Below, piece by piece: positions 51,979 to 63,950 of a DNA stretch of 64,000 nt; the first letter of the stretch is position 1; the number at the start of each line of letters is the position of its first letter. The position numbers and the translations under genes are program-made. This DNA is from Malacoraja senta (taxonomy: Eukaryota). The stretch covers positions 24,058,001-24,122,000 of the forward strand of contig CM075987.1 of the NCBI GenBank assembly GCA_038087875.1, written 5' to 3'. The notes beneath the pieces were generated by a model. It was not told the DNA's origin. It made no database searches and saw only the letters and a program-made list of their open reading frames with translations.

Positions 51979-53150
51979 AGACAAGGTCCCACACAAGAGA
52001 TTAGTATGCAAACTTAAAGCACATGGTATTGGGGGTTCAGTATTGATGTGGATAGAGAACTGGCTGGCAGACAGGAAGCAAAGAGTAGGAGTAAACGGGT
52101 CCTTTTCACAATGGCAGGCAGTGACTAGTGGGGTACCACAAGGCTCAGTGCTGGGACCCCAGCTATTTACAATATATATTAATGATCTGGATGAGGGAAT
52201 TGAATGCAACATCTCCAAGTTTGCGGATGACATGAAGCTGGGGGCAGTGTAAGCTGTGAGGAGGATGCTAGGAGGCTGCAAGGTGACTTGGATAGGTTGG
52301 GTGAGTGGGCAAATGCATGGCAGATGCAGTATAATGTGGATAAATGTGAGGTTATCCACTTTGGTGGCAAAAACAGGAAAGTAGACTATTATCTGAATGA
52401 TGGCCGATTAGGAAAAGGGGAGATGCAACGAGATCTGGGTGTCATGGTACACCAGTCATTGAAAGTAGGCATGCAGGTGCAGCAGGCAGTGAAGAAAGCG
52501 AATGGTATGTTAGCATTCATAGCAAAAGGATTTGAGTATAAGAGCAGGGAGGTTCTACTGCAGTTGTACAGGGTCTTGGTGAGGCCACACCTGGAGTATT
52601 GCATACAGTTTTGGTCACCAAATCTGAGGAAAGACATTCTTGCCATAGAGGGAGTACAGAGAAGGTTCACCAGACTGATTCCTGGGATGGCAGGACTTTC
52701 ATATGAAGAAAGACTGGATAGACTTGGCTTGTACTCGCTATAATTTAGAAGATTGAGGGGGGATCTTATAGAAACTTACAAGATTCTTAAGGGGTTGGAC
52801 AGGCTAGATGCAGAAAGATTGTTCCTGATGTTGGGGAAGTCCAGAACAAAGGGTCACAGTTTAAGGATAAGGGGGAAGTCTTTTAGGACCGAGATGAGAA
52901 AATCATTTTTCACCGAGTGGTGAATCTGTGGAATTCTCTGCCACAGAAGGTAGTTGAGGCCAGTTCATTGGCTATATTTAAGAGGGAGTTAGATGTGGCC
53001 CTTGTGGCTAAAGGGATCAGGGGGTATGGAGAGAAGGCAGGTACAGGATACTGAGTTGGATGATCAGCCATGATCATATTGAATGGCGGTGCAGGCTCGA
53101 AGGGCCGAATGGCCTACTCCTGCACCTATTTTCTATGTTTCTATGTTTCT
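51979..53150 (+). mobile_element. CR1 LINE 3' 1.2 kb (RT domain, disabled)
   Basis: [40 protein letters not shown]; frameshift and stops; (TTCTATGT)n tail. Confidence 0.95.
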
Positions 53151-53767
53151 AAACACTGGAGAACAAATACATCTGATTGCAAGCACTCAGAGACTAAGCG
53201 TGGCGAGTAACACAACAGACTTGATCTTAAGTCCATACAAACGAACATTGGGAATAGGAATAGGAATACTTTATTCTCACATGTGAGTAGGCATAGTGAG
53301 ATTCTTTGCTTGCATACCCAATGTATACAAATAGCATCCACCTACAGCTCTCACAAAGTTACAAAGCCTGCCGGCTCCCCCTTTTTGTTTTCCACTCATC
53401 CCCCCGCCCCGGGTCCTCCATTGTTCTTCCCCTATTACTGCAGGGTCTGTTAAGTAACCATCAAACAAGGGTGAACCATTCCACTTAGAGCAATAAGGCT
53501 GTTTGCAATATCACACCGTCATCATGACCCAGGCTAATTACATTGTTATCCTATACTCGTGTATTGTCCTTGGTTCTCCAAAATATCACTGTCAAACTGG
53601 CTGTTGAAACATACCAAAAAACAATAGTCTGCATTAATACCTCTATTAGTAACCTGCTTATTACAATGAAAATGGTAAGATTGGCTTCCCTCCAGATTCC
53701 CAGAGCCATGGAACCTTTTCATTATGTTTTCAGCACTGCAATAAAACTGATGCTATTGAGTCTAGTG

Positions 53768-54040
53768 TAGTTTAGTTTAGAGATACAGCACGGCCCACCG
53801 AGTCCACGCCGACCAGCGATTTCCACACATTAATACTGTCCTACACACAACAGGGAAAATTTATAATTTTACCAAGCCAATTAACCTACAAACCTGTACG
53901 TCTTTGGAGTGTGGGAGGAAACCGGAGTTCCTGGGGGAAACCCACGCAGGTCACGGGGAGAGCGTACAAACTGCGTACAGACGGCACCCGTAGTCAGGAT
54001 CGAACCCGGGTCTCTGGCACTGTAAGGCAGCAACTCTACA
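53768..54040 (-). mobile_element. V-SINE
   Basis: V-domain and tail. Confidence 0.85.
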
Positions 54041-54895
54041 GCACAGAAACAGGCCTTTCTGCACAACTAGGCCATGCTGTCTGAGGTGCGTTCCTGAGTC
54101 AGTCACATTTGCCTGCATTCAGCCCACAACCTTTTCTATCTATGACCTTATCCAAATATTATAATCATACCCGCCTCTACCACTTCCTCTGGCAGTTCAT
54201 TCCTGAAATCCATGATTCTCTGTGTGAAAAAAACAGTCCCTCAGTTCCCCTTTAAATCTTTCCCCCCTTGCCCCGAACATATGTCCTCTGATCTTAAACT
54301 CCCCAACCCTGGGAAAGAGGGTGTGACCAAGCCACCTTTTCCATGCCCCTCAAGATTTATAAACCACTGTAAGGTCACCACTCAGCCTTGATTACTCCAG
54401 GGGAAAGAACTCCCAGCCAATCCATCTTTCCTTGTAATATAAGCCCTCCAGCCTTGGCTGGAAACTTTTCCGCACCTTTTCGAGCTTAATCACTTCTTCC
54501 TACAGTATGTTAACCTGACCTGTAGACACCAATCCAACAACACTTTGAACAATGTTTGTCCAGCTGTAACTTGACGCCTCAACTCTTCTACTTGATGCCC
54601 GTTCAATGAAGGCAAGCATGCTATGTGCCTTCTTCACCACCTTGTCTACCTGTGCCCTCAACTATGACCTTGTACCCTTAGGTCTTGTACCCTTAGAGTG
54701 CTGTTCTACAACACTTGTCAGGGCACTGTGGATGTCCAGCCCTGGTTTAACTTTCCAAAATGCATCGCTTCGCACTTGGAGGTGGTGCGATTCCATCTGC
54801 CATTCCTTTGCCTGCTTTCACAGTTTATCTGGATCCTGTTGTAACTTTCCTCACTGTCTACCACACCACCAAGTTTGTTGTCATCTGCAAACATA
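54040..54895 (-). mobile_element. Old CR1 fragment
   Basis: MFADDNKLGGVVDSEE, KCEAMHFG. Confidence 0.75.
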
Positions 54896-55311
54896 GCTCC
54901 AAAGCTGCGGCTAGCTTTCAGTACACATAAATAACGAATATGGGGATAATGGGGCGAGGGCAGGAGAATGGGGTTGAGAGGGAAAGATAGATCAGCCGTG
55001 ACTAAACGGCAGAGTGGACTTGATGGGCCGAATGGCCTAATTCTGCGCCGTGAACCTATGGACTTATGAAGTTCAATGATATGTTTCAATGGCAATTCTA
55101 AAGATTATGACTTTGGTTTTGTAGAAGCAAATGGATAGGCCAGGCAGAGATGATGTTTCAAGTAACGGGCTAGTTATTAAAACTGGAGCACACCAGGAGA
55201 CCAGCTGAAGCTGATCTGCCGATCATGACTTTAGTACAGCTTTTATATTCACAGGTGATAAGATTACACATAACTTGATTAACAGTAAAACTAGGTCTCA
55301 GTTACAGAATG

Positions 55312-55846
55312 GAGGTTGCAGAAGGACATTCTTGCTATTGAGGGAGTGCAGCGTAGGTTTACAAGGTTAATTCCCGGGATGGCGGGACTGTCATATGCTG
55401 AGAGAATGGAGCAGCTGGGCTTGTACACTCTGGAGTTTAGAAGGATGAGAGGGCTTCTCATTGAAACATATACGATTGTTAAGGGTTTGGACACGCTAGA
55501 GGCAGGAAACATGTTCCCAATGTTGGGGGTGTCCAGAACCAGGGGCCACAGTTTAAGAATAAGGGGTAAGCCATTTAGAACGGAGACGAGGAATCACTTT
55601 TTCTCACAGAGAGTAGTGAGTGTGGAATTCTCTGCCTCAGAGGGTGGTGGAGGCAGGTTCTCTGGATGCTTTCAAGAGAGAGCTAGATAGGGCTCTTAGA
55701 AACAGTGGAGTCGGGGGATATGGGGAGAAGGCAGGAACGGGGTACTGATTGGGGATGATCAGCCATGATCACATTAAATGGCGGTGCTGGCTCGAAGGGC
55801 CGAATGGCCAACTCCTGCATCTGTTGTCTATTGTGTATTGTCTATT
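55312..55846 (+). mobile_element. CR1 3' fragment
   Basis: KDILAIEGVQRRFTRLIPGM..LGLYTLEFRRMRG; (CTATTGT)n tail. Confidence 0.9.
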
Positions 55847-56071
55847 GAAAGACTTAATTAGGTAACAAATTAGGTCTGGATTACAGAATAAAATGATCAT
55901 CCACAAGTTAAACTTAGTTGACAGTAGATACAATTTTCTGTTTGCACCGTAACATCATCAATGAAGTTCCTGAACCTTAGATGTCGTCACTGCTACATTC
56001 CATGTTTCCACTTTTAGGCTTTGTCTGCAGGTCCCTGTCACCACATTAGCACAATCCATATCCCCATTTAC

Positions 56072-56459
56072 TAGTTTAGTTTAGTTTAGAGATACGGCAC
56101 AGAAACAGGTCCTCTGGCTCACCGAGTCCGCACCGACCAGCGATCCCCGCACACGAACACTATCCCACACACCCGCTAGGGACATTTTTACATTCAAACC
56201 GAACCAATTAACCTACAAACCTGTAAGCCTTTGGAGAGTGGGAGGAAATCGAAGATCTCGGAAAAAACCCACGCGGTCACGGAGAGAACATACAAACTCC
56301 GTACAGACATCGAACCCGGGTCTCTGGCGCTGTAAGTGGTGTAAAGGGCCTGTCCCACGGGCATGCGACTCGATGCGGCAAGCGCGACCTAACCGCAAGC
56401 GGGGGCGCGCGGAGATCGAGTGATCAGCAGCAACTCTACCGCCATGCCACCGTGCCGCC
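56072..56459 (-). mobile_element. V-SINE with a truncated Harbinger-like MITE (56345 to about 56425) in its head
   Basis: ..gtggtgTAA|AGGGCCTGTCCCACGG... then agcagcaactctacc. Confidence 0.8.
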
Positions 56460-57526
56460 ATTATAGCCCTCACTGTTCTTTCCCCAACAACGGGTTTTTT
56501 AGACCACAATACCTTGAAGAGATGGATCTAAGCTGCAAATATTTAGCCCATTCCAGCACATTTAGTGTTTAACCATTCCATATGCCACTGATTTGTGGAA
56601 CTGGAAATGTATCAATTGCTTGACAAGTTACTATAAAAGAGTCACTGCTGTTGTATCTGCCGATGTACTTAGTTAAACCTTAGTTCAGTTAATGGACCTT
56701 ACAAGTAATGGATACAATTCTCCACAGGGAGTTGAACACGCTTCATATAAAACAGATAGCAAGTATTAAAATGCCCTCTATTCTTATTATAGCATCATAA
56801 AGTGTCAAGTAGGTGAAATCCTATTCAAGTTTACAATAAGATTGAAATCAATCTCAAGCAACTAAAGGGAATTGATAGTGGTAACAATAAAACTGAAAAC
56901 TCATTGCTCTCCTATCGATGTATTTTATATTCAGTGCTTTGTCAATCCTTTCTACAAACATAGAGAATTTTATTAACAGCCCGCTTGTATATTCAGTATG
57001 TTAAGATCAAATAAAGCAGTTTTAATTGCCCATTACGTTCGAGTCGATACAAGTTAATGATTCATGTTCATTTTAAAAACCCAATCTTATTGACTTGTGA
57101 GTGCAACCCAAAGTTGGTCTGATCGTTTCCCTTATCCCAAGCTGGTCTGAAGAAGGGTCTCGACCCAAAACGCCACCCATTCCTTCTCTCCAGAGATGCT
57201 GCCTGTCCCTCTGAGTTACTCCAGCTTTTTGTGTCTCTCTTTGTTTTAAACCAGCATCTGCAGTTCCTTCCTACACATTTTGTCTGCTCCGCTGCGAAAT
57301 CTCCTCAAGGTATGTCGACTTTGAATAAGCTCTCCTCCTCCCTCCGACAAGAGTTCTGCGTCTATATCTCTTTTCCCTAACGAGTCTGAAGAAGGGTCTT
57401 GACCCGAATCGTCACCCATTCCATCTCACCAGTGATGCTGCTGTGTTACTCCAGCTTTTTGTGTCTATCTCTGATTTTATCCACTTCTTTGCATCCAGGA
57501 CATATATATGTATGTGTAACATTTCT

Positions 57527-57822
57527 TTAGACTTTTAGACTTTAGAGATACGATGCAGAAACTGGTCCTTTGGCCCGCTGAGACCGCGGTGACCAGCGTT
57601 CATTCCATACACCACACACTAGGGACAACTTACAACTTTTACTGAAACCAATTAACCTACAAACCTATATGTCTTTGGAGGAGACTGGAGCACCTGGAGA
57701 AAAGCCACGCGGTCACAGGGAGAACATACAGACTCCATACAGACAGCACCCATTGTCAGAATCGAACCCAGGTCTCTAGCGCTGTAAGGCAGCAACTCTA
57801 CCACTGTGCCACCCGTGCCGCC
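57527..57822 (-). mobile_element. V-SINE
   Basis: Head, V-domain and tail. Confidence 0.8.
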
Positions 57823-59199
57823 ATATCAGATCACATCTCTACGGAATCATTCTGATTGGGGTGAAGCTGTGAGCCACTGGGTCTCGACCCGAAATGTGAG
57901 TTTTCTTCGATTGATTGAAAGAGCCATCCTGCAGCCTACAGCCTACAGCCCAACAGCCAACAGGCTATTACTCAGTACAACATCCATCAAGCGCTGATCT
58001 TCGTAGACTATTATTGTTATTATTGCATTATCATTGTTTTTAGGTGTACGCATGTGTGCGTATGTATATATATATATATATATATACATACGCACACATG
58101 CGTTCACCTAAAAACAATGATAGTGTAATAACAACAATAATGGGTGACGTTTCGGGTCGAGACTCTTCTTCCGACCCAAAACATCACCCATTCCTTCTCT
58201 CCAGAGATGCTTCCTGTCCCGCTGAGTTACTCCAGCATTTTGTGTCTATCTTCGGTGTAAACCGGCATCTGCAGTTCCCTCCTTGAGCTACTTTCCTTTA
58301 CAGGGCATAATCATTACTCTGCATCTCATACAACACAGACCCTGTCCATAAACATATAAATATATAAGATTATAATCGTTATGGATCTTCCACTTTTCCC
58401 CCCTCTTCCCCTGTTGGTTTTACTTCCTGAACTAACATAAAAACAATATAAAATTATCCAAAACGGTTAACTATAAGGTTTGCTTTCCAACATTAGGTAC
58501 GCCAATGATCAATTTGACTAATAAAACTTTTAGGAATCTATGGATTAATTCTGCTTTTCTAAAAGGTAGCCTTTTTTAGGACTTTCATGAAGGCTCATAA
58601 TATCAGAATTTCATAAAGTCAAAAGGAGAGGTACATTTTGAAGAGACGATAGAAAGAAAGCTTTCAATTCAAAAGATTATCAATGTTTATAAAACTCTGT
58701 CAGAACAGCAGTCAAGATCTTTGCTTGCAAAATGGCATTTCACCATCACCCCCACCCAAGCTCACCGCAGCAATTCCTTTACACTGTTAAGTCACTTTCT
58801 GTTCTCACTTCAAAATATTAAAACCTTTTTACCTCATTCGCACTTCCCTGCAATATTCTATTTCGGTTCACAATTTCTGCAGACCCAAGTTCTAATTCTA
58901 TTCCCATGTGGAATTAATTCATAGCAACGTAGTAAGAAATATATCCTTGAGGATATATTTGTTTTCTGCTTGGAAAGATTTGCAGGCTTCCAAGTTGAAG
59001 GATTTGTCCTCCTTTATAAGTCAGATTCAAAAACACAACCATCCAAGATTCTGTTCAATTGGAAATTATGTTGTTTATATATATGTTTATATATTTTTCT
59101 TCAGAGGGTGACGAATCCGTGGAATTTTTTGCCACAGAAGGCTGTAGAGGCCAAGTCAATGGATATTTTTAAGGCAGATTAGTATGGGTGTCAGGGGTT

Positions 59200-59500
59200 C
59201 TAATGAAGGACCCCTACCACCCCAGCAACGGACTGTTCCAGCTGCTACGGTCAGGCAAACGCCTCCGCTGTCACGCTGCGAAAACAGAGAGGATGAGACG
59301 GAGTTTCTTCCCACAGGCCGTCAGGACTGTAAACTCTAATCTCACCAGGGACTAATTTACTGTTGTGCTTTAAAACAAATGTAAATTCTGGTTCTGTTCT
59401 GTAACTGTTGTTCTGTTGTTTTGCACAATCCCGCAGGCATTGCCACTTTCGTTTCACTGTACATCTTGTATGTGTATGTGACAAATAAAGTTGACTTGAC
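59200..59500 (+). mobile_element. Rex/Babar 3' fragment nested in a CR1 fragment (about 59095-59578)
   Basis: KDPYHPSNGLFQLLRSGKRLR..RMRRSFFPQAVR; host gtcaggggtt|atggggagaagg is split. Confidence 0.8.
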
Positions 59501-60267
59501 TTATGGGGAGAAGGCAGGAGAATGGAGTTAGGAAGGAGAGATAGATAAGCCAAGATCGAATGGCGGAGTGGACTTGAGTAGAAATTTTAAAATGACTTCC
59601 GTGAAATGGGCTTAATTTTTAAATAAAATGTTCACAGCCGACCACTAAATTAAAACGGCCAGCTCCTTGTTTCTTTTTACACCACAATAGTGAGCGACCG
59701 TTACTATTCCTGTTGCTCATTATAAGCCTGGTGGTTATTTGGCTGGAATGACGCTATACCCTAGATAGCTAAAAACCACAGATGTCCCGAGCAACGCAGC
59801 AAATGATATATGTTCTGTCATAGCTGTGGTCCTCGTGAGATATTACACAGTAAGTCTTCCCATAAGTAGCACACAAATAACATCACCACATTCATCACAC
59901 CATGAAATTCTAATGAAGTCATGGACAAGCTGACATCATTAGTGAATAATAAAGACTCGGAATATTTATACATTAGGTCAATGAAGATATTATCAATTAA
60001 TCCTGATGTGACAATCATGTGTAGTTTGAATTGCATCAATATTAGTTCGATTGATTTATAACAAAGGCCTTTTAGGATCACTCTTAATGTTACAATTTAT
60101 AAATCTCCACTAGGTGGTGATAGGGTATTCTTTGATAATCTCTCTATACCATACAAAGCCAACAGCCATTTCAACATCAGACGTTCCCAACTCAATTGAT
60201 GTTAGTTGGTACAAATTTGAAGTTCCTCAAAAATATGAATTATTGAAATACTCTTTACATGAATACC

Positions 60268-60685
60268 TCAGAGTGAAGCCCAACGCAAATTGGAGGAACA
60301 GCACCTCATATTTCGCTTGGGCAGCTTAAAACACAGTGGTATGAATATTGACTTCTCTAACTTCAAGTAACCCTTGCTTTCCCTCTCTCTCCACCCCTCT
60401 CCCATCCCAGTTCTCCGACCAGTCCGACTGTCCCCTTGATTAAATCTTTATCTTTGTATGCCTCGTTGTCCCCTTCCCCAGCTAGCAACGATCTATTCTA
60501 CATTTTCCTTGAACTTTGTCCCCTTTGATGTCTCGTTTTCACACCTTCCCATTCTTTATCTCTGTGTCTCCCTGTCCCCTGACTCTCAGTCTGAAGAAGG
60601 GTCTCGACCCTGAAACGTCACCTATTCCTTCTCTCCAGAGAAGCTGCCTGTCCCGCTGAGTTACTCCAGCATTTTGTGTCTAACT
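60268..60685 (+). mobile_element. Penelope-like element 3' end: GIY-YIG C-terminus, UTR and hammerhead motif
   Basis: SEAQRKLEEQHLIFRLGSLKHSGMNIDF; CTGAAGA-AGGGTCTCGACCCT-GAAA-CG-TC-ACC at 60591-60622. Confidence 0.85.
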
Positions 60686-62235
60686 TCATTTTAATTTAAT
60701 TGGCTCTATGTAAAGGAGGCATAATTTCAAGGCATAATTAAAACCTGTCTGAAGAAGGGTTCCGACTGGAAATGTCACCTATTCCTTTTCTCCAGGTATA
60801 CTGCCTGAGCCACTGAGTTTTACTCCAAAATTGTGTGTCTATCTTCGGTATAAACCAGCATCTGCAGTTCCTTCCCACACAGTAAAATAAATGAATTGTT
60901 CACTGAATTAACATAGCTTCAAAATTAATCAAACTGTTATATACAAATACAAATATCAATGCATTCTCCACAAATTAGTTATTTTTCCTATCCAAAGGTG
61001 GTGTTAAATGACCTTTGGAATCAAATGCCATGCAGGTTTGATCCAGTAGTAACTTTCTACAAGGACAGTAGATCAATATTTCTATGTCACTGCTGTTGTA
61101 TTTTATTGGCATTAATTCTTTAATATATTACAGATACACACAGAAATGATTATGATTGTTATAACAAAACATGCTTTGATCTCACTTAATTCAGAATAGT
61201 TAAAGATAAAATTTTAGTTACAGATGACGGGGAAATTTCCTTTCCATTAATGCGGTTAACATTGTGTACTGTACAATTTTGCAATGCTGCTGTATAAAGT
61301 AAAATTCATGAACTTAGGCTGCATTTATCTTGCTATAATTCGCTAACTGAGGCATTTTCCTCGAGCATTACATGCCCAGTAAGGTCAAAAAACATTCTGG
61401 GGCTCAAATAACCGTTTATCTGTTAAGTCATCAAATATCAAATGAGCAAAAACAGAAAGATGGGCAGTGAGTGATCAGCAACACGACCAGCGAAAAAAAT
61501 ATTTCTATTCTTTGTTATAATTCATGAACAATCAAGTTAGATCATGTGATTTTTTTTCACCCTGCACCTGATGCCCAGTTTTTGCTTACAATCAGGGCCA
61601 AGAACTTGGCTGAAAATAAGTGGAGTCCATCTCAAATGTACAAGCTTGGCATTTGATGGAATATGCTCCACTTGCCTGATGAGGACAAGCTCCAACAAAA
61701 CACAGGAAGGTTGATTCCATCTGAGAGTAAAGAGTCGCTCTGGGCAGCAGGGTGGCACAGTGTCAGAGTCCCGGGTACCATCCTGACCACGACTACCCGA
61801 AACGTCACCTATTCCTTCGCTCCATAGATGCTGCCTCACCCGCTGAGTTTCTCCAGCATTTTTATCTACCTTCGATTTTTCCAGCATCTGCAGTTCTTTC
61901 TTAAACTCTTAAGCTTTATGTAAAGGAAGCTTTATTCCAAAGAATAATGCTAGTGTGTGGGGATCACTGGTCAGTGCGGGACGGTATCTCTAAACTAATT
62001 TAAACTAAAAATTAAATTAAATTAAACTAAAGTAAATAAAGATCTTCCTTTATTATGAATTGATTGAGTCAATTTAAATATAATTATTTTAAAAGGCTTT
62101 TATTTTTCATTTTCATAAAACTTTAAAAAAAATAACAAATTTCAATATCATGTTTAACTTTTAATACGTTGAATATTCGCAAATGATTATAATTGTCGGA
62201 GGCATTTCAAGGTATCTCCTCAAGGTATGCCTGCT

Positions 62236-62630
62236 TGCCCAGAGTAGGTGAATCGAGGACCAGAGAGCAGAAGTTTAAGGTGAAGGGGCAAATATTTAAT
62301 AGGAATCTGAGGGTTACTTTTTAGTAAAAGGTGTTGCATGAATGGAACGAGCTGCCAGATGAGGTCATTGAGGCAGGGACTATATCCAACATTTAAGAAG
62401 CAGTTAGACAAAAATGCTGGAGAAACATAGCAGGTGAGGCAGCATCTATGGAGCGAAGGAATAGGTGATGTTTCGGGTCGAGACCCTTCCTAAGAAGCAG
62501 TTAGGCAGGTACATGGATAGGACAGGTTTGGAGGGATATGGAGCAAATGCTGGCACTTGGGACTAGTGTAGCTGGGACATGTTGGTCAGTGTGGGCAAGT
62601 TGGGCTGAAGGATCTGTTTCCACACTATAA
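62236..62630 (+). mobile_element. CR1 3' fragment with Penelope-derived insert 62408-62490
   Basis: TAAGAAGCAGTTAG at 62394-62407 and 62491-62504. Confidence 0.8.
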
Positions 62631-63452
62631 CTAAGTTCGCCTCCTCTCTCCGACGAGAGTTCTGTAACATCCTCTCCTCAAGGTATTTCGCAGTCACTTC
62701 CGTTTGAGCACTGGGCTTCATTCCCATTTCTCTCTTGCAATCAGATCACTGAAGATGACAGGAAAGAGGTCGGGTTCATCTAAAATGCACAAGTTTGGGG
62801 TTTGATGAAATATTTTCCACACGCCTTTTGGGTACAAACTCTGACAGTACTCAAGAAGTTTGATGGCAAATGAAAAGAGCCTGTTTAATTAGCATCTAAT
62901 CCACCATCTTGAAATTTATTCTCTCCACAAAGCTAGCAACGTTGATGGCTGTGTTTATAAGTTCATAGGTTCTAGGAGCAGAATTAGTCCATTCGGCCCA
63001 TCAAGTCTACTCCACCATTCAATTATGGCTGATCTATCTTTTCCTGTCAACTCCATTCTCCTGCCTTCTCCCCGTAACCCCTGACACCCGTACTAATCAT
63101 TGGTTTATGGCTGTTAGTAAGTATCTCAGTGAGACTACCAGCAGAAGGGGGGTTCACTAATAAAGGTGAGAGTTGGATTTATTCAGGAGGTCTCGCCAGG
63201 ATATAGGAGGAGTGGGTAAGCAGTGGAACAGTGATCAATGAACCACTCAGGGGAAAGACCAGAGGAAATAAACCAGTGCTTTTTAAAGAGACACAAGAAA
63301 CTGCAGATACTGTAATGTGATTGAAAAATCCCTCCCCGGATGCTGCCTAACCCGCTGAGTTCCTCCAGCATAGGACATAGAACACAGAACTGTACAGCAC
63401 AGAAACAGGCTCTTCAGCCCTCAATGTCTGTGCTGAACATGATGCGAAGGAT

Positions 63453-63950
63453 GGCACGGTGGCGCAGCGGTTTAGTTGCTGCCTTACGGTGCTTGCAGCG
63501 CCAGAGACCCGGGTTCGATCCTGGCTACGGGTGCTTGTCTTTACGGAGTTTGTATGTTCTCCCCATGACCTGCGTGGATTCTCTCCGAGAACTTCGGTTT
63601 CCTCCCACACTCCAAAGACGTACAGATTTGTAGGTTAATTGGCTTGGTATTAAATGTGGGGTCAAGGTAAGAGCGTTCACTTCACAGCCCTGTTTCCACC
63701 AATCTTTCCGCCACCACACACAAGCACAAGAAGCGACAAGACAGACACCATTGTATGCAGATGCCGAGAAGTGTGTTCATCTCCGGATGAACAACTTCTA
63801 ATCTTGTGTGTGTGGACTCGATAAGAAGAAGATGGTACTAAAGTAAAAAAATGTTTTTTTTAATTGTCCCTGGTGTGGGTTAGTGCTAATGTGCGGGGAT
63901 CGCTGGTCGGCGCGGACACGATGGGCTGAAGGGCCTGTCCCTAAACAAAA
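63453..63950 (+). mobile_element. V-SINE with an unclassified insert (63658-63832)
   Basis: Full head; body split by an insert ending (GAA)n. Confidence 0.8.

Noticed and set aside
51979..53150. Active autonomous LINE
   Set aside because: 5' truncated, with a frameshift near 52250 and an in-frame stop at 52741
53610..53735. Minus-strand exon after cagttttattgcAG
   Set aside because: The peptide is unconvincing, and the best donor is phase 0, not the phase 2 required by exon 49112
56513..56532. 20-nt minus-strand micro-exon
   Set aside because: Poor pyrimidine tract; compatible with chance
68..63719. Most ORFs in the track as host genes
   Set aside because: They are frames through SINE, CR1, Rex/Babar, Penelope and MITE copies; recurring peptides such as PSLQRCCL and FPPTLQRRTGL come from repeats
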